Part shown: positions 42,688 to 53,077 of the stretch, piece after piece
Position numbering within the stretch: the stretch's first letter is position 1
How the letters are laid out: each line of letters opens with the position of its first letter
Assembly (NCBI GenBank): GCA_963754875.1
Contig: CAVWHO010000008.1
Span: 224,001 to 288,000, forward strand
Origin: Nitrospirota bacterium
GTDB lineage: Bacteria > Nitrospirota > UBA9217
DNA: 64,000 nt
Reading direction: 5' to 3'
The notes under the pieces: model-generated
Told to the model about the DNA's origin: nothing
Seen by the model: only the letters and a program-made list of their open reading frames with translations
Databases searched by the model: none
Position numbers and translations under genes: made by a program

Positions 42688-43935
42688 CTACACATGTCCC
42701 AGCGCGTCCACGATGCTCATCCTTGCCGACCTCCGTGCAGGTACGAACGCAGCGATCATCGAAAGAGCGAGCATGAAGATCAGGTTCCTGGTCAGCGCCG
42801 GCCATACCAGGTCCACGCGAAGGGGCACCGGGTTCGATGATGCGGGCGGCACATAGGTCGGATGGGTCATCATGATGATGAAATACACACCGAAAAAGAT
42901 GAGGCCGCCGAACAGGCTTCCCAGGAGGCCGAGCAGCATTCCTTCCGTGGAGAACAGGAATTTCACTCCGTACTGTTTGAACCCCAGGGCCCGGAGCGTG
43001 CCGATCTCCCGCGTCCGCTCCATGACGGTCATGCTCATGGTATTGATGACGCTCATGACCACGATGACCAGCACGATGGAGAAGATAAAGAAAAAGATCA
43101 TATCGAACATGTTCTTGACCTGGTTATAAAAGACCGACAGTTTCGCCCACGTCTCGATCTCCACGTCGTACCCTGCCTTTGACAGCTGGACGCGCATGTT
43201 TTCCGCGGTAACTGCGTCGGCCTTCTCGTCGCCGCCATCCTTCAGGAGAACGACGAGGCGCTCTGCGCCCTGGTAATCCACGAGGTCCTGGGCATGCCGG
43301 AACGTCATCAGCATCATTTTGTCGTTCGTTGCCGACGTGCCCGTATTGTAGATGCCGATCACCTTGGCGTCAAGAGCGTTCGCCATGCCGGAATAGGAAT
43401 TGCTCAGGATCACGGCATAGTCCTTCTGTTTCAGGCTCAGCATTGCAGCCAGGTCAGAACCCATGACCACCCCGCGGGCTCCTGGTCCGTAAGAAACGTT
43501 CCCGAGAAGCCCGGAAACTTCGTGAGGTCGCCGCGAATGACGGCGTCGTCAGCCGGGACCAGGCCTTCGCCGATGAAGATCGTGGAGTTTTTGCCGTTCG
43601 AGACGATACCTGCAACCGAAAGCCGAGGCGTGACCAGTTCTACATCGGGGTCTTGCCGCAAAATGCCGGATATGGCCTTCACTTCGTCCTTGTTGAACTG
43701 GTATTTCTCAGGATGGAGCTTCCCCATGGCCTGGAACCCTTTCTTGAAGATCGTCAGATGTCCCAGACCCGACGCCGTGGATCGCGGCGTTCGTCAGCCC
43801 CTGGTAGGTGCTGTGCACGTATCCCTGGAACAGGTTAATCGCGCCGAACCCCAAAGCGATTGCCAGGATCGTCGTCAGGCTTCGCCGTCCGTTTTTAAGG
43901 ATGTTTCTGAGTGATATGGTAAACCACATGAACAT
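42688..43935 (-). CDS. ABC transporter permease (FtsX/LolE-like), frameshifted
   Basis: SLRNILKNGRRS start, ERTREIGTLRALG, PARRSA; three ORF fragments. Confidence 0.85.
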
Positions 43936-44022
43936 ATAGACCTCCCAATTCGTAAATCCGGATCTTATAACTGTCTCTCGCAGACGCGGAGCTCGCAGAG
44001 AAAAGCCTATGCCTTCTTGTTC

Positions 44023-44094
44023 GTCATTCCTGCGAACGCAGGAATCCAGGATATAACCAAAAACCGCTGGATTCCGGGTCAAGCCCGGAATGAC
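44023..44094. repeat. Palindromic repeat element (gtcattcc..ggaatccag..ctggattcc..ggaatgac; RS3/RPE-like)
   Basis: Two internal hairpins with inverted termini. Confidence 0.7.
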
Positions 44095-44110
44095 AACTTT
44101 TGAGGATAGC

Positions 44111-44779
44111 TTAAACGATCTTCCCGTCCTCCAGCCGTACGACCCGTTTGACCTCGTTAATGAGCCGCTGGTCGTGGGTCGAAAAAATGAAGGTGACCTT
44201 CTCTTTTTCATTCAGGTCCTTCATGAGATCGATGATCGACTGGGCGGTCTCGTGGTCCAGATTTGCCGTCGGTTCATCGGCAAAAATAAGGAGCGGCTTA
44301 GTTATCAGAGCGCGAGCAATCGCCACGCGCTGCCGCTGGCCCCCGGACAGTTTGTCCGGCCGGTGATGCAGGAAATCGGCCAGCCCCACTTCATCCAGAC
44401 GCTGCGCCGCCTCCGCCCGAATGGCGGACAAACGGCCTCCCCGTATCTGGAGCGCAAGCATGACGTTCTCCAGCGCCGTGAGGACCGACACCAGGTTAAA
44501 GTTCTGGAACACATACCCAATGGTCCTGTTTCGGAGATCCGCCTTCTGGTTGTCCGTGAGCCGCGATATGTCCTGGCCGTTGATGCTCACCCGGCCGTCG
44601 GTCGGGTCGTCGATGGCCCCTGCAAGATTGAGGAGGGTTGTCTTTCCGCTCCCCGAAGCACCGAGGATTGCAGCAAATTCTCCCTGCTCTACTGCCAGGT
44701 CAACGCCGCGCAAGGCATGGACAGTCGTTTCTCCGAGACGGTAATCTTTTTTTACATTTTGAAATTCGAGAATGTTCAT
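44111..44779 (-). CDS. ABC transporter ATP-binding protein (LolD-like)
   Basis: [20 protein letters not shown]. Confidence 0.93.
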   Translation of the reverse strand: MNILEFQNVKKDYRLGETTVHALRGVDLAVEQGEFAAILGASGSGKTTLLNLAGAIDDPTDGRVSINGQDISRLTDNQKADLRNRTIGYVFQNFNLVSVLTALENVMLALQIRGGRLSAIRAEAAQRLDEVGLADFLHHRPDKLSGGQRQRVAIARALITKPLLIFADEPTANLDHETAQSIIDLMKDLNEKEKVTFIFSTHDQRLINEVKRVVRLEDGKIV

Positions 44780-44922
44780 TGTTCACCTCTTCACCGGCGT
44801 CCTAGTGACTTCTTAGTCTTTCCGATTATATGATATGCAAACCCATTGATATTGACAATGAGAATGCGATGGAAGGGGTAAAAGGGGTGACAAAGGGCAG
44901 AAAGGACGGATGAACAGCTTCT

Positions 44923-45684
44923 CTACATCTGCTTAAAGAGATGGGAATAGGCGCGGCTGACCGACAGGTCGTCCTTTATGTCCTTGAACTGTATCGTGTA
45001 CGTGCCTGCCAAAGAGTGAATCACGCTCTGGATGGCCCTGGCGTTCACAATGGCAGCCCTGTGCACGCGCCAGAATTGTTCCGGGTCCAGCTCTTGCTTC
45101 AGTTCCTTGATGGTCTTCCGGATCAGGAATTCCCCCTCTTTGGTCCGCACGGTCGTGTATTTGTCCGTTGCCCGGAAATAGTAGATATCTCCCACAGGGA
45201 TCAGCCGTACGCCGTCCTTGTGCTGCGTTTTTATCCACTGGAGGTGTGCGGGAGCTTTTTGGAGAGATAGGGCGACCTTTTCGATAATTTCGGACATGTT
45301 CGGGGCAAGTGGTTGTGAGGAACTCAGGCGCTCTTTGAGACGGCTTACGGTCTTTTCCAGCCGTTCGTCAGTCACCGGTTTTACGAGATAATCGAGGGCC
45401 TCGTTCTCAAAGGCCTCTACTGCATAATGGTTGAAGGCAGTGATGAATACCACGGCACACGTCCCGGCTACCCTTCTCGCCACTTCGATCCCGGTAACAC
45501 CCGGCATCTGGATGTCAAGAAAAGCAACGTCCGGCTCCTGGTCTTCGATGAGGCGCAGAGCAGTTGCCCCATCTGCGGCTTCTCCAATGATCTCCAGCTC
45601 AGGCCAGGCAGCTGCAAGCTTTTTCCTGAGGTAGCCGCGGAGGGCTTCCTCGTCATCTGCTATGATTGCTCGGATCGGTTTCAT
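44923..45684 (-). CDS. LytTR-family response regulator
   Basis: FLDIQMP receiver; FWRVHRAAIVN and VSRAY LytTR motifs. Confidence 0.93.
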   Translation of the reverse strand: MKPIRAIIADDEEALRGYLRKKLAAAWPELEIIGEAADGATALRLIEDQEPDVAFLDIQMPGVTGIEVARRVAGTCAVVFITAFNHYAVEAFENEALDYLVKPVTDERLEKTVSRLKERLSSSQPLAPNMSEIIEKVALSLQKAPAHLQWIKTQHKDGVRLIPVGDIYYFRATDKYTTVRTKEGEFLIRKTIKELKQELDPEQFWRVHRAAIVNARAIQSVIHSLAGTYTIQFKDIKDDLSVSRAYSHLFKQM

Positions 45685-46735
45685 AGGGTAACTCGATCAC
45701 CACCTTAACGCCCGTGGGCTCATTCTCTGCAAAGGTCAGGCTGGCGCGGCCTTGGTACAGCAGGTCCAGTCGCTTTCTGATATTTTCAAGACTGATGCCG
45801 TTGCCGGGACTCGATTCATTGATCCCCATACCGGAGTCGGACACAGTAATCCTGACACGGTCGCCTTCTTGCTGACCCTGGATCAAGAGCTCTCCCCCGC
45901 GCACTGACGGCTCCAACCCGTGCTTTACGGCATTTTCTACCAAAGGCTGTATGATCAGCGGCGGGATCCGAAAGTCGCGGAGGCTGTCGGGAATATCGAT
46001 TTTGTAGCGGAGACGTTCTCCCATGCGCACGGCATAGATCTTGAGATAGTTCTTTACCACGTCCAGTTCCTGGGAAAGCGTTGTTGTTTCGCCTCGCCCG
46101 GTTACGAGTGATGTACGCAGGAACGCGGTAAAAGACTCGAGCATCTGCTTGGCTTTTTCCTGGTCCGTGTCGATCAAGCTGAGGATCGTAGAAAGCGTAT
46201 TGAACAGGAAGTGCGGTTCCATCTGCGACTGGAGGAGTTTGATCTCCGTTACGATTGCGTTCTTTTCCACTTCCAGCCTTTTTATTTTCTCGTCCGATAA
46301 TCGCTGAAGAGAAATGAACACGTAGCTGACAATCGAGCCGAAAAGAAGGGCCCAAAGGAGGTTGGACAAATAGAAGTGGCTTTTCATGTTCTCCGGCAAC
46401 GTGGCCCCGGCGTCCATGTGCAAAAGGCGGGTCACTGCAGTAGCGAGCGCAACGCCGATGAAAGCGCCCACGATCACTGCCGCGACGAGCAGCACGGCCT
46501 GCACGCTCATCCGCTGGACTTTGATTAAATTTGCCGTCCCGAATACGCAACAGCAGATGGAAATTCCGATGCATTGGGAAATGGTAAAACTGACGATGAA
46601 CCTGGCTTGCGGATTGATCAAGACGATGAACAGGGCGATAAGCGTGTTTGCAACAAGGATGGAGATAACTTTTGTGGGAGTGACTTTGAAATATATCGGC
46701 GCTTGCACTGGAGACACAATTTGTCGCTCTGTCAT
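45653..46735 (-). CDS. LytS/YehU-family sensor histidine kinase
   Basis: QMEPHFLFNTL, QPLVENAVKHG; four N-terminal TM segments. Confidence 0.92.
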   Translation of the reverse strand: MTERQIVSPVQAPIYFKVTPTKVISILVANTLIALFIVLINPQARFIVSFTISQCIGISICCCVFGTANLIKVQRMSVQAVLLVAAVIVGAFIGVALATAVTRLLHMDAGATLPENMKSHFYLSNLLWALLFGSIVSYVFISLQRLSDEKIKRLEVEKNAIVTEIKLLQSQMEPHFLFNTLSTILSLIDTDQEKAKQMLESFTAFLRTSLVTGRGETTTLSQELDVVKNYLKIYAVRMGERLRYKIDIPDSLRDFRIPPLIIQPLVENAVKHGLEPSVRGGELLIQGQQEGDRVRITVSDSGMGINESSPGNGISLENIRKRLDLLYQGRASLTFAENEPTGVKVVIELPYETDPSNHSR

Positions 46736-46898
46736 TGATTTTTTACCTGTTGGTTTTCAAGAGAAAAGGCCAGTGGCCAAGGCTGTTTACGATGCTAGCT
46801 TATCACAGATCAGGGGAAAAGTGTAGAATGGACTTTCGTGCAGAGTCCGAAGGAGACTTGCCAATCATTCCGTGCGCTATGCAGATGAGTTTCTCCCT

Positions 46899-46931
46899 CC
46901 GTTCGCCCTGAGCCTGTCGAAGGGTGTACGG
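46899..46931. repeat. Small palindromic repeat (ccgttcgccctgagcctgtcgaagggtgtacgg)
   Basis: Imperfect intergenic hairpin typical of REP-like families. Confidence 0.5.
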
Positions 46932-47012
46932 AGGTCTTTTTAACAGTCTGCTAGTCATAGGACATACATGGCACGTTACTACTGTGCAACGCGGGCTGCA
47001 CCACTTCAAATC

Positions 47013-47792
47013 TCATCGGATAGAAATATCAACTTGCTCAGTATTGCCGATAAAGGATGCTTTTACCGTATAGTTGCCTGGTTGCACCTGGTTCCCCGCG
47101 TTGTCTTTCTGGTCCCAACTGAAGTCGTATTTCTTTGTCTCTCCTGCGGGAATCGAAAGTTGGTGAACTATGGCCGGAAATGCCAACCCGAAGTATGGAT
47201 CCCAAACCACCGCATTGTCTTTGACAACCTGAACAGCAACCTCTGGAGCACCTATAAGAACTTCAAAAAGTCCGCTGCCGGTGTTCTTGACACTTAATGT
47301 TATTGGTACATTTTTACCTGGGTCGACAACATCGAGAGAGGTTAATGTATACTGCAGTGTATCATATTGGTGGGAGCTTGTTGCGATGTTGATGTTAGGG
47401 TCATTGACTGCAATAATTCCGGGAATTAAATTGTTTGCAGCAACGTAGCCACAGATACTTGTTTGGCCTTGCGCAAGCACGATAAGAGAAAGCTGGTCGC
47501 CCGAGTATTTTTCCGCAATGCTATAGGTGACTGCGGTTATGTCCTGCCCCGCATACGGTGTTAAGTCATAACCTGCTTGCTGACACGCGCCTTGTTTTAA
47601 TCCCCAATTTGCATCTGTAAATTGCTGCGGTAAGGTGAGGTTAGTAGTCAAGGGCTGACCTTCTACGTGCAAGTTATACTTTTGTATAATGTCTGCCCCA
47701 ACTGCGGGAGCGCTTGACGTGTTGCCGCACCCATATATTGAGATTAAAATATAAATTCCAACTAATGGAAACAGATAGAATTCCTTCTTCAT
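47013..47792 (-). CDS. Lipoprotein with DUF4830-like and BsuPI-like domains
   Basis: IYGC lipobox; GYDLTPYAG; WDQKDNAGNQVQPGNYTV; lower GC than flanks. Confidence 0.6.
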   Translation of the reverse strand: MKKEFYLFPLVGIYILISIYGCGNTSSAPAVGADIIQKYNLHVEGQPLTTNLTLPQQFTDANWGLKQGACQQAGYDLTPYAGQDITAVTYSIAEKYSGDQLSLIVLAQGQTSICGYVAANNLIPGIIAVNDPNINIATSSHQYDTLQYTLTSLDVVDPGKNVPITLSVKNTGSGLFEVLIGAPEVAVQVVKDNAVVWDPYFGLAFPAIVHQLSIPAGETKKYDFSWDQKDNAGNQVQPGNYTVKASFIGNTEQVDISIR

Positions 47793-47852
47793 ACGAACCT
47801 CCCTTCAGCCGGTTCTGCAGGTCGGTTAGAGCTCTGCGAAACCCGGCATCAT

Positions 47853-49122
47853 TCACTCAACTCTAGCCGTCACCTGCCGATATGGTCGGCAACTTTCTGC
47901 AAGTCGGTCCGGCGGAATACCTCGTAGGTCGTCCAGAGATCGAGGGAGCCCTTCTTCTGGTCGGGCCGGCCTTGCTTTCCATATTTTTTCGAGTGACTTG
48001 AACCGCGTAACGACGATGATCTGCGGCACGCTGCGGGGCAGGCCCGGATCGAAGAAGTTCGGGTTCTTGCCCACGAGCGGTTTGCACTGGGGCGTGCCCA
48101 TCGCCACCAGACCGCTTTTGGTCGGGTCGCGCATATCCTCGAGGAGGTATGCTGGCCCGCTGCGGTCGGCAGGGGACATGGATGCGAGCTGCTCCTCAGC
48201 GGCCTTGAGGCCCGCGATCACGCCGGCGAAGGCAGAGTCTTTCGGATCATGGGATGCCCCGCGCTTCAAGCGGGCCAGCGTATCGGCCTCATCACGCTCC
48301 CAGTACCGTCGTTCGTGTTCTACGGCTGCCGCGCCCTTGGACGCCATTTTGTCGACCGCTGCCTTGTATTTCGCCTGGCGGGCGGCGTATGCGTCGGGAG
48401 CGACAAACGCCTCATACTGTCTTCTGCTGATCGGCAATGTATCTCTCGGCATTGGCGGCGTCAGGCCGGCGTTTTGCGATGAAGGCCTTGAGATAACGCT
48501 CGCGGGAAACGGGCGTCCAGACGGGCCGTCCGTTCTTCGCCATGATCAGCAGGTCGCCATAGGTCGGGAACCCGCCCATGTCGGCCGTGCGGACCGGCTC
48601 CTCGTAAAATTCTCCCTCATTGTCGCTCAGCATGTTGACACCGCCGCCCTTGGGGAGCATATTCACATCGATCATGATGTGCGAGGTCTCGCCGCCAACG
48701 TAATGTTCGTGTTCTTCCCTGTTGCCCACCTGCCGGATCACCTCATAGTGATCGAAGCTGCCCATCATGATGGTGCCTGCGATAGGCTGATTCTTCTTTG
48801 CAGCGGAAGAAACGGTCCACGGCATGAAGAGCGAGCCCGTGAGCGAGGGATCGACCCCCATCGGCTTGTTCCAGACAGGGGACGACTGAAAGACCTCGGC
48901 GATCTGCTGGAGCCGGGTCTTAAAGGCGTTGACGTCGGACAGGGTGAGGCCGTAGCTCTTGATATCGTTTTGCGACAGGCTGCTGCAGGTCCACGGGCGC
49001 CATGTGCCCGGCTCGTTCGCAAGCGTTCGCATCGTCGCTTCTTGTTCGCCAAGGGACGGCGCTGCGGTCAGCAGCATTACGGCAAGGGTCAGCCAAAACA
49101 GTCTGAAGGGGCGCATCGTCAT
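47853..49122 (-). CDS. Secreted hypothetical protein, one frameshift near 48420
   Basis: Signal peptide; ORFs 48412..49122 and 47853..48452 read continuously across the shift. Confidence 0.65.
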
Positions 49123-49155
49123 GGATTTCTCCTTATTCAGACGCGAACAGCCTTC

Positions 49156-49572
49156 TTAGGGACAATTTCCAATCCTCTTCCCCTTCACCTTCATTGTCAT
49201 AGACCTGCCCTTGCCCGAATCGGACTGCATATTCATGACGGACTCGTAGGAGTCCCCCGAAAACACAGTTTCGCCACTGAACGTGCCGGCATTCTTACCA
49301 GTGCATTTCATCTTCCAACTCACCTTGTTGCCGGACTTCTTCAAATCGGTCACGGTACAGTTCTTGTCCTTGCTGATCACGTTCTTCTGGTCTTTGACGT
49401 CTTCCTTCGTGTAGCAGTGCTTGACAGTAGCCGGGGGCATCTCCATTGGCATGCCCGGCATATCCATTTTGGACGTGATCTCCCACATTCCCGCCCGGAT
49501 GCCATCGGCAGCAAAAATCGTAGCGGGCAGAGAAACCAAAACGAGAACCGCAAAAATATGTTTCATTTTCAT
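49156..49572 (-). CDS. DUF3617 family exported protein
   Basis: GMWEIT..HC..NC..MKC..GKRIGNC pattern. Confidence 0.85.
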   Translation of the reverse strand: MKMKHIFAVLVLVSLPATIFAADGIRAGMWEITSKMDMPGMPMEMPPATVKHCYTKEDVKDQKNVISKDKNCTVTDLKKSGNKVSWKMKCTGKNAGTFSGETVFSGDSYESVMNMQSDSGKGRSMTMKVKGKRIGNCP

Positions 49573-49635
49573 AATTACTCCCTCCTTTTGTTTGTGATCA
49601 ATTTTGATAGTTTACGGCTCGCCAGCTGGTAGCTG

Positions 49636-49667
49636 GTAGGTCGGGTAGAGCGTAGCAAAACCCGACA
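49636..49667 (+). repeat. GTAG-type REP element
   Basis: gtag-gtcggg..cccgac hairpin; related to 51635-51780 and 52743-52817. Confidence 0.7.
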
Positions 49668-49764
49668 CTATCATCCTTTATTCATTTCCAATATCATGTC
49701 CAAATGCAATCTCATTGTCTGAGCCTCAATCGACATAATATTCCAATAGCTTCATGTCTTTTTA

Positions 49765-49952
49765 CTTTTGTGTACTTTCGCTCGAGTACCCGCAGGCGCT
49801 TTCTTCTTCAATTTGGCACGCCAGTCTGTGAGTTCTGCGATCAGCTTGTCAATACGTTTCGATGGATTCATAGGATCTTTATGCCTTCCTTTTCAGTTTT
49901 CTTATCGAAGTAGCTTTTAAATTATCCTTTTCTTTGCCTTGGGGCAGCACAA
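49765..49952 (-). repeat. 188-bp direct repeat copy 1 (start of a gene cassette with an internally deleted DUF1801-like ORF at 49752..49871)
   Basis: Matches 52821..53008 with 3 substitutions by eye. Confidence 0.92.
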
Positions 49953-50006
49953 TGCGCGGGTGAAACGCGCGTCTCTTGCGCCTCGGACTCGACCCGCAGG
50001 TTGAAC
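49947..50006 (-). mobile_element. Integron attC site after the rsgA-like cassette (R' degenerate)
   Basis: R'' GTTCAAC 2 bp after the stop, gcgggtcga/tcacccgc L boxes, R' ATTGTGC; 60 bp. Confidence 0.7.
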
Positions 50007-50008
50007 TA

Positions 50009-51076
50009 CTAATCACTTTTTTTGTGATGTTTCATTGCAGTCTTGACGAACTGTCCGAATTTCCTGTCCTTTCTACGCTTTTCAACGTAGGACAGCTCAT
50101 TGTATTCAGATTCTTTCATCAGCTTCAAATAGCTCTGATATCGATCCGCTTGCAATGTGCCATTATCAATTGCGTTTAAGAGTGCGCAACCGGCTTCCTG
50201 AGTATGAGTGCAATTGGCAAAACGGCAGGTTTTTGAAAGGCTCCAAATATCAGAGAAGCTTTCCTCAAGACCTGAGCTGACGCCGATATTCCCCAGTTCT
50301 CTCATCCCGGGAGTGTCGATCAGCATTGCCCCTTGATCAAGGACGATTAGTTGGCGCTGCGCCGTCGTGTGTTTTCCCTTCCCGTCGCTTGCACGGACTG
50401 TGTTTGTCTCAAATAAATCGCGTCCTATGATATGGTTCAAGAGCGTTGTTTTGCCTACTCCGGAAGACCCAACCAAACAATACGTTTTGCACGGCTCCAG
50501 TAATTGACGCACTTGATCCACTCCGAAGCCGGTCACGTTGCTGAGCGGAAAAACTTTGCATTTGATGTTGGCTTGACGCACCTCTGATATTCTTTGCTCC
50601 AGCTTCTCTGGGGTGACGAGGTCGCTTTTTGTCAGGAGCAGTGTCGGCTCAATGTGTCCTTCGTTTACCATTACGAGGTAGCGCTCCAGCCTGCGCAGAT
50701 TGAAATCGAAATCGCAGGATTGGACGATTAAGGCAGAATCTATATTGACCGCGATCATTTGGTAATCAATTTTTTTACCTGGGGTTTTCCGCCGCAAAAA
50801 CGATTTACGTGGGAGTAAGCCATGAATAATGGCAAATGTATCAACGTTGTGGTACTGGACAAGTGCCCAATCGCCAACTGAAGGAAGGTCTATGCTTGAC
50901 TCAGCGGAGTAAACGAAACTGCCAGCCAGTTCAGCGAGTACCTCGCTGTTTTCATTTCTTACGAGATAGCTGTCCCTGTGGACAGCGGTCACACGAGCCA
51001 CGTTGCAGTCAGGTCTCAGCGCTTCCGACCTTTTGTCTTCAAACCACTGATCAAATCCGAGAGCTTTAAGTTCCAT
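50009..51076 (-). CDS. rsgA: Ribosome small subunit-dependent GTPase A family protein
   Basis: TKSD, GSSGVGKT, GKHTT, DTPG and CRFANCTHTQEAGC zinc motif. Confidence 0.9.
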   Translation of the reverse strand: MELKALGFDQWFEDKRSEALRPDCNVARVTAVHRDSYLVRNENSEVLAELAGSFVYSAESSIDLPSVGDWALVQYHNVDTFAIIHGLLPRKSFLRRKTPGKKIDYQMIAVNIDSALIVQSCDFDFNLRRLERYLVMVNEGHIEPTLLLTKSDLVTPEKLEQRISEVRQANIKCKVFPLSNVTGFGVDQVRQLLEPCKTYCLVGSSGVGKTTLLNHIIGRDLFETNTVRASDGKGKHTTAQRQLIVLDQGAMLIDTPGMRELGNIGVSSGLEESFSDIWSLSKTCRFANCTHTQEAGCALLNAIDNGTLQADRYQSYLKLMKESEYNELSYVEKRRKDRKFGQFVKTAMKHHKKSD

Positions 51077-51125
51077 AGTAAGTTTACGCGCGTCGCTGTG
51101 GACCCGCTTTCCCGAAGGCACACCG

Positions 51126-51593
51126 CTAGCCGATTTTGCCGGGATGTTCGCGCCGAACCATCTGGATCATCTGGTCCAGTTTCTGCAAAAAGTTCGACCT
51201 GTCGCGTTTGGAGAAGGGCGCTGGCCCCCCGGTGATCTCGCCGTTCCCGCGCAGCTCTGTAAGCAGGTTACGGGTTGCGACAGCATCTCCGATGTTTCCC
51301 TCGGTGAAGGCCTTCCCCGCTGGGCTGATTGCGTGCGCACCTGCCTTGATGCATCGGCTCGCTAGAAGAATGTCCGTCGTGACCACAATGTCGTGGGGAG
51401 TGACATTGGCAACGATCCAGTTGTCGGCCTCATCTAGCCCATCGCCGACAACTTGAAGTACGATTCCATCCTCTGTGGGCACGTTCATCCAGGAGTTGGC
51501 CACCAAGGTGACACTTATATGATACCTGGCTGCAACCCGGTAGACCTCTTGCTTCACAGGGCATGCGTCAGCATCTACAAAAACATTCAGCAA
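51126..51593 (-). CDS. YaiI/YqxD (DUF188) family protein
   Basis: VFVDADACPVK, DIVVTTDILLA, TGGPAPF. Confidence 0.9.
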   Translation of the reverse strand: MLNVFVDADACPVKQEVYRVAARYHISVTLVANSWMNVPTEDGIVLQVVGDGLDEADNWIVANVTPHDIVVTTDILLASRCIKAGAHAISPAGKAFTEGNIGDAVATRNLLTELRGNGEITGGPAPFSKRDRSNFLQKLDQMIQMVRREHPGKIG

Positions 51594-51634
51594 TCGATAT
51601 CCTTGGTTGGCAAACTCAAAAGCAATCCAGTTAC

Positions 51635-51780
51635 GTAGGTTGGGCTGAACGCTTTACGTGAAGCCCAACGCATTTATCGTCGAAAGATGTTGGGCAAGGT
51701 GAAGCTTTTTGCCCAACCTACCAGCTGAAATTCTGAAATTCTGGCGTCGGGTTTCACAAAAAACGTTCTACCCGACCTAC
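51635..51780. repeat. Cluster of three GTAG-type REP elements
   Basis: gtaggttgggc..gcccaac, inverted gttgggc..gcccaacctac and gtcggg..cccgacctac. Confidence 0.75.
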
Positions 51781-51812
51781 CCGCTGCAATCCCTATCCAC
51801 GTCTGGATGTCG

Positions 51813-52682
51813 CTAGTCAAGCGCCCCGTGTTCTTTTGCAGTCTTGATCCAATGTTCGGCCAGTTCGGTAGGATTTGCGCCCAGACCACGGCTAAGGTGC
51901 AGCGCCAGTCCCATCATTAATTCCGATGCCTTGCAGAAATCGGTGACATTGTCCAGTGTACCAAATGATTCTTGAGCTTTCAATAGGAGTAGATCGTGAT
52001 GCTGGCGAGAAAAAGCTACGGGATCATTTAAGCCATCCGTTAACTCAGGGAGCATCAGCAGGTCGATCCACTCGGGACCAAGCCGGTCCTGCAATTGTTC
52101 GGGCTCTTCTCCACCCATCTCTCGCCAGAGACGCAATGTCTGCCGGTCACCCGATTCGGCCAAACCACTTTCCAGCAGAAGGGCGAAAGCGCTATCAGCT
52201 AAATTTTGCATCAGTTCGAGATACTCATCCTGAGCAACTTCGAAGCGCTTCGTGGCCTGTCCTTCAATGTAGGCGGCGACACTCAATTGAGGTAAATCTA
52301 AAACTTCCGGACACCCTTCCATACAGGGTAAGTCACTCCCTTGGTACATGTAGTGCAGTTCCTCGGCCTGCCTTCGGCGGCCAAGAGGATATAACCGGCA
52401 GGCCAATGGGCGCCCCAAATGCGCGCTGCATCCAAAATCAGGTACATACTGGCTGCACGCCGGCAGCTGTCTCCAGCCGGGTGCACCATCAAAACGCAAA
52501 TGGATGCCGCCAAAATCGCAGTAACGATCACGAAACGCCCTCGGGGTCAGCCCTTTTGCTTCAGCCAGACACGCCAGTTCCCACGGGTTCAGCCTGACAG
52601 TTTTGCCATGACAGCAGGTGCCTGAACGTGAACAGGTAAGTGGCAGATTATCAGTAAGGGTGAGTTTGGTCGTGGCCGACAT
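51813..52682 (-). CDS. YkgJ family cysteine-cluster protein
   Basis: CSRSGTCC and RPLACRLYPL motifs. Confidence 0.85.
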   Translation of the reverse strand: MSATTKLTLTDNLPLTCSRSGTCCHGKTVRLNPWELACLAEAKGLTPRAFRDRYCDFGGIHLRFDGAPGWRQLPACSQYVPDFGCSAHLGRPLACRLYPLGRRRQAEELHYMYQGSDLPCMEGCPEVLDLPQLSVAAYIEGQATKRFEVAQDEYLELMQNLADSAFALLLESGLAESGDRQTLRLWREMGGEEPEQLQDRLGPEWIDLLMLPELTDGLNDPVAFSRQHHDLLLLKAQESFGTLDNVTDFCKASELMMGLALHLSRGLGANPTELAEHWIKTAKEHGALD

Positions 52683-52742
52683 TGTGGGTTTTCCTTCTGT
52701 ATTCCATTTGTTCAAATTCTCGCATAACGTGAAATCAGTTGT

Positions 52743-52817
52743 GTAGGTTGGGCTACGCATCAAAGCCCAACATCTTGAAATCCCGTTGGGCAAGGAGAAC
52801 CGTTTTGCACAACCTAC
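52743..52817. repeat. Inverted pair of GTAG-type REP elements
   Basis: gtaggttgggc..gcccaac plus gttgggcaa..caacctac. Confidence 0.75.
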
Positions 52818-52820
52818 CAG

Positions 52821-53008
52821 CTTTTGTGTACTTTCGCTCGAGTACCCGCAGGCGCTTTCTTCTTCAATTTGGCACGCCAGTCTGTGAGTTCTGCGATCAG
52901 CTGGTCAATACGTTCCGATGGATTCATAGGATCTTTATGCCTTCCTTTTCAGTTTTTTTATCGAAGTAGCTTTTAAATTATCCTTTTCTTTGCCTTGGGG
53001 CAGCACAA
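52821..53008 (-). repeat. 188-bp direct repeat copy 2 (mini-ORF 52814..52927)
   Basis: Matches 49765..49952; ends next to the REP pair. Confidence 0.92.
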
Positions 53009-53068
53009 CGTTGAGGTTAACCGGCGAGCGGCCGGAGGCCGCGAGTCCGGTTCAACCTGGTGTTAGGC
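53003..53068 (-). mobile_element. Integron attC site after the SRPBCC cassette
   Basis: R'' GCCTAAC, L'' ggttgaac / L' gttaacc with extrahelical G, paired centre, R' GTTGTGC; 66 bp. Confidence 0.85.
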
Positions 53069-53077
53069 AGAGCTCCC

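Noticed and set aside
47790..47852. Possible attC (GCTCTAAC) after the 47853 gene
   Set aside because: No matching L boxes or R' found, so extension of the array to 47-49 kb is unsupported
51635..51780. CRISPR array
   Set aside because: Repeats are non-identical, inverted and irregularly spaced; no cas genes; fits REP elements
49765..53008. Composite transposon or prophage att pair bounded by the 188-bp repeats
   Set aside because: No transposase or integrase; the repeat edge coincides with attC crossover points
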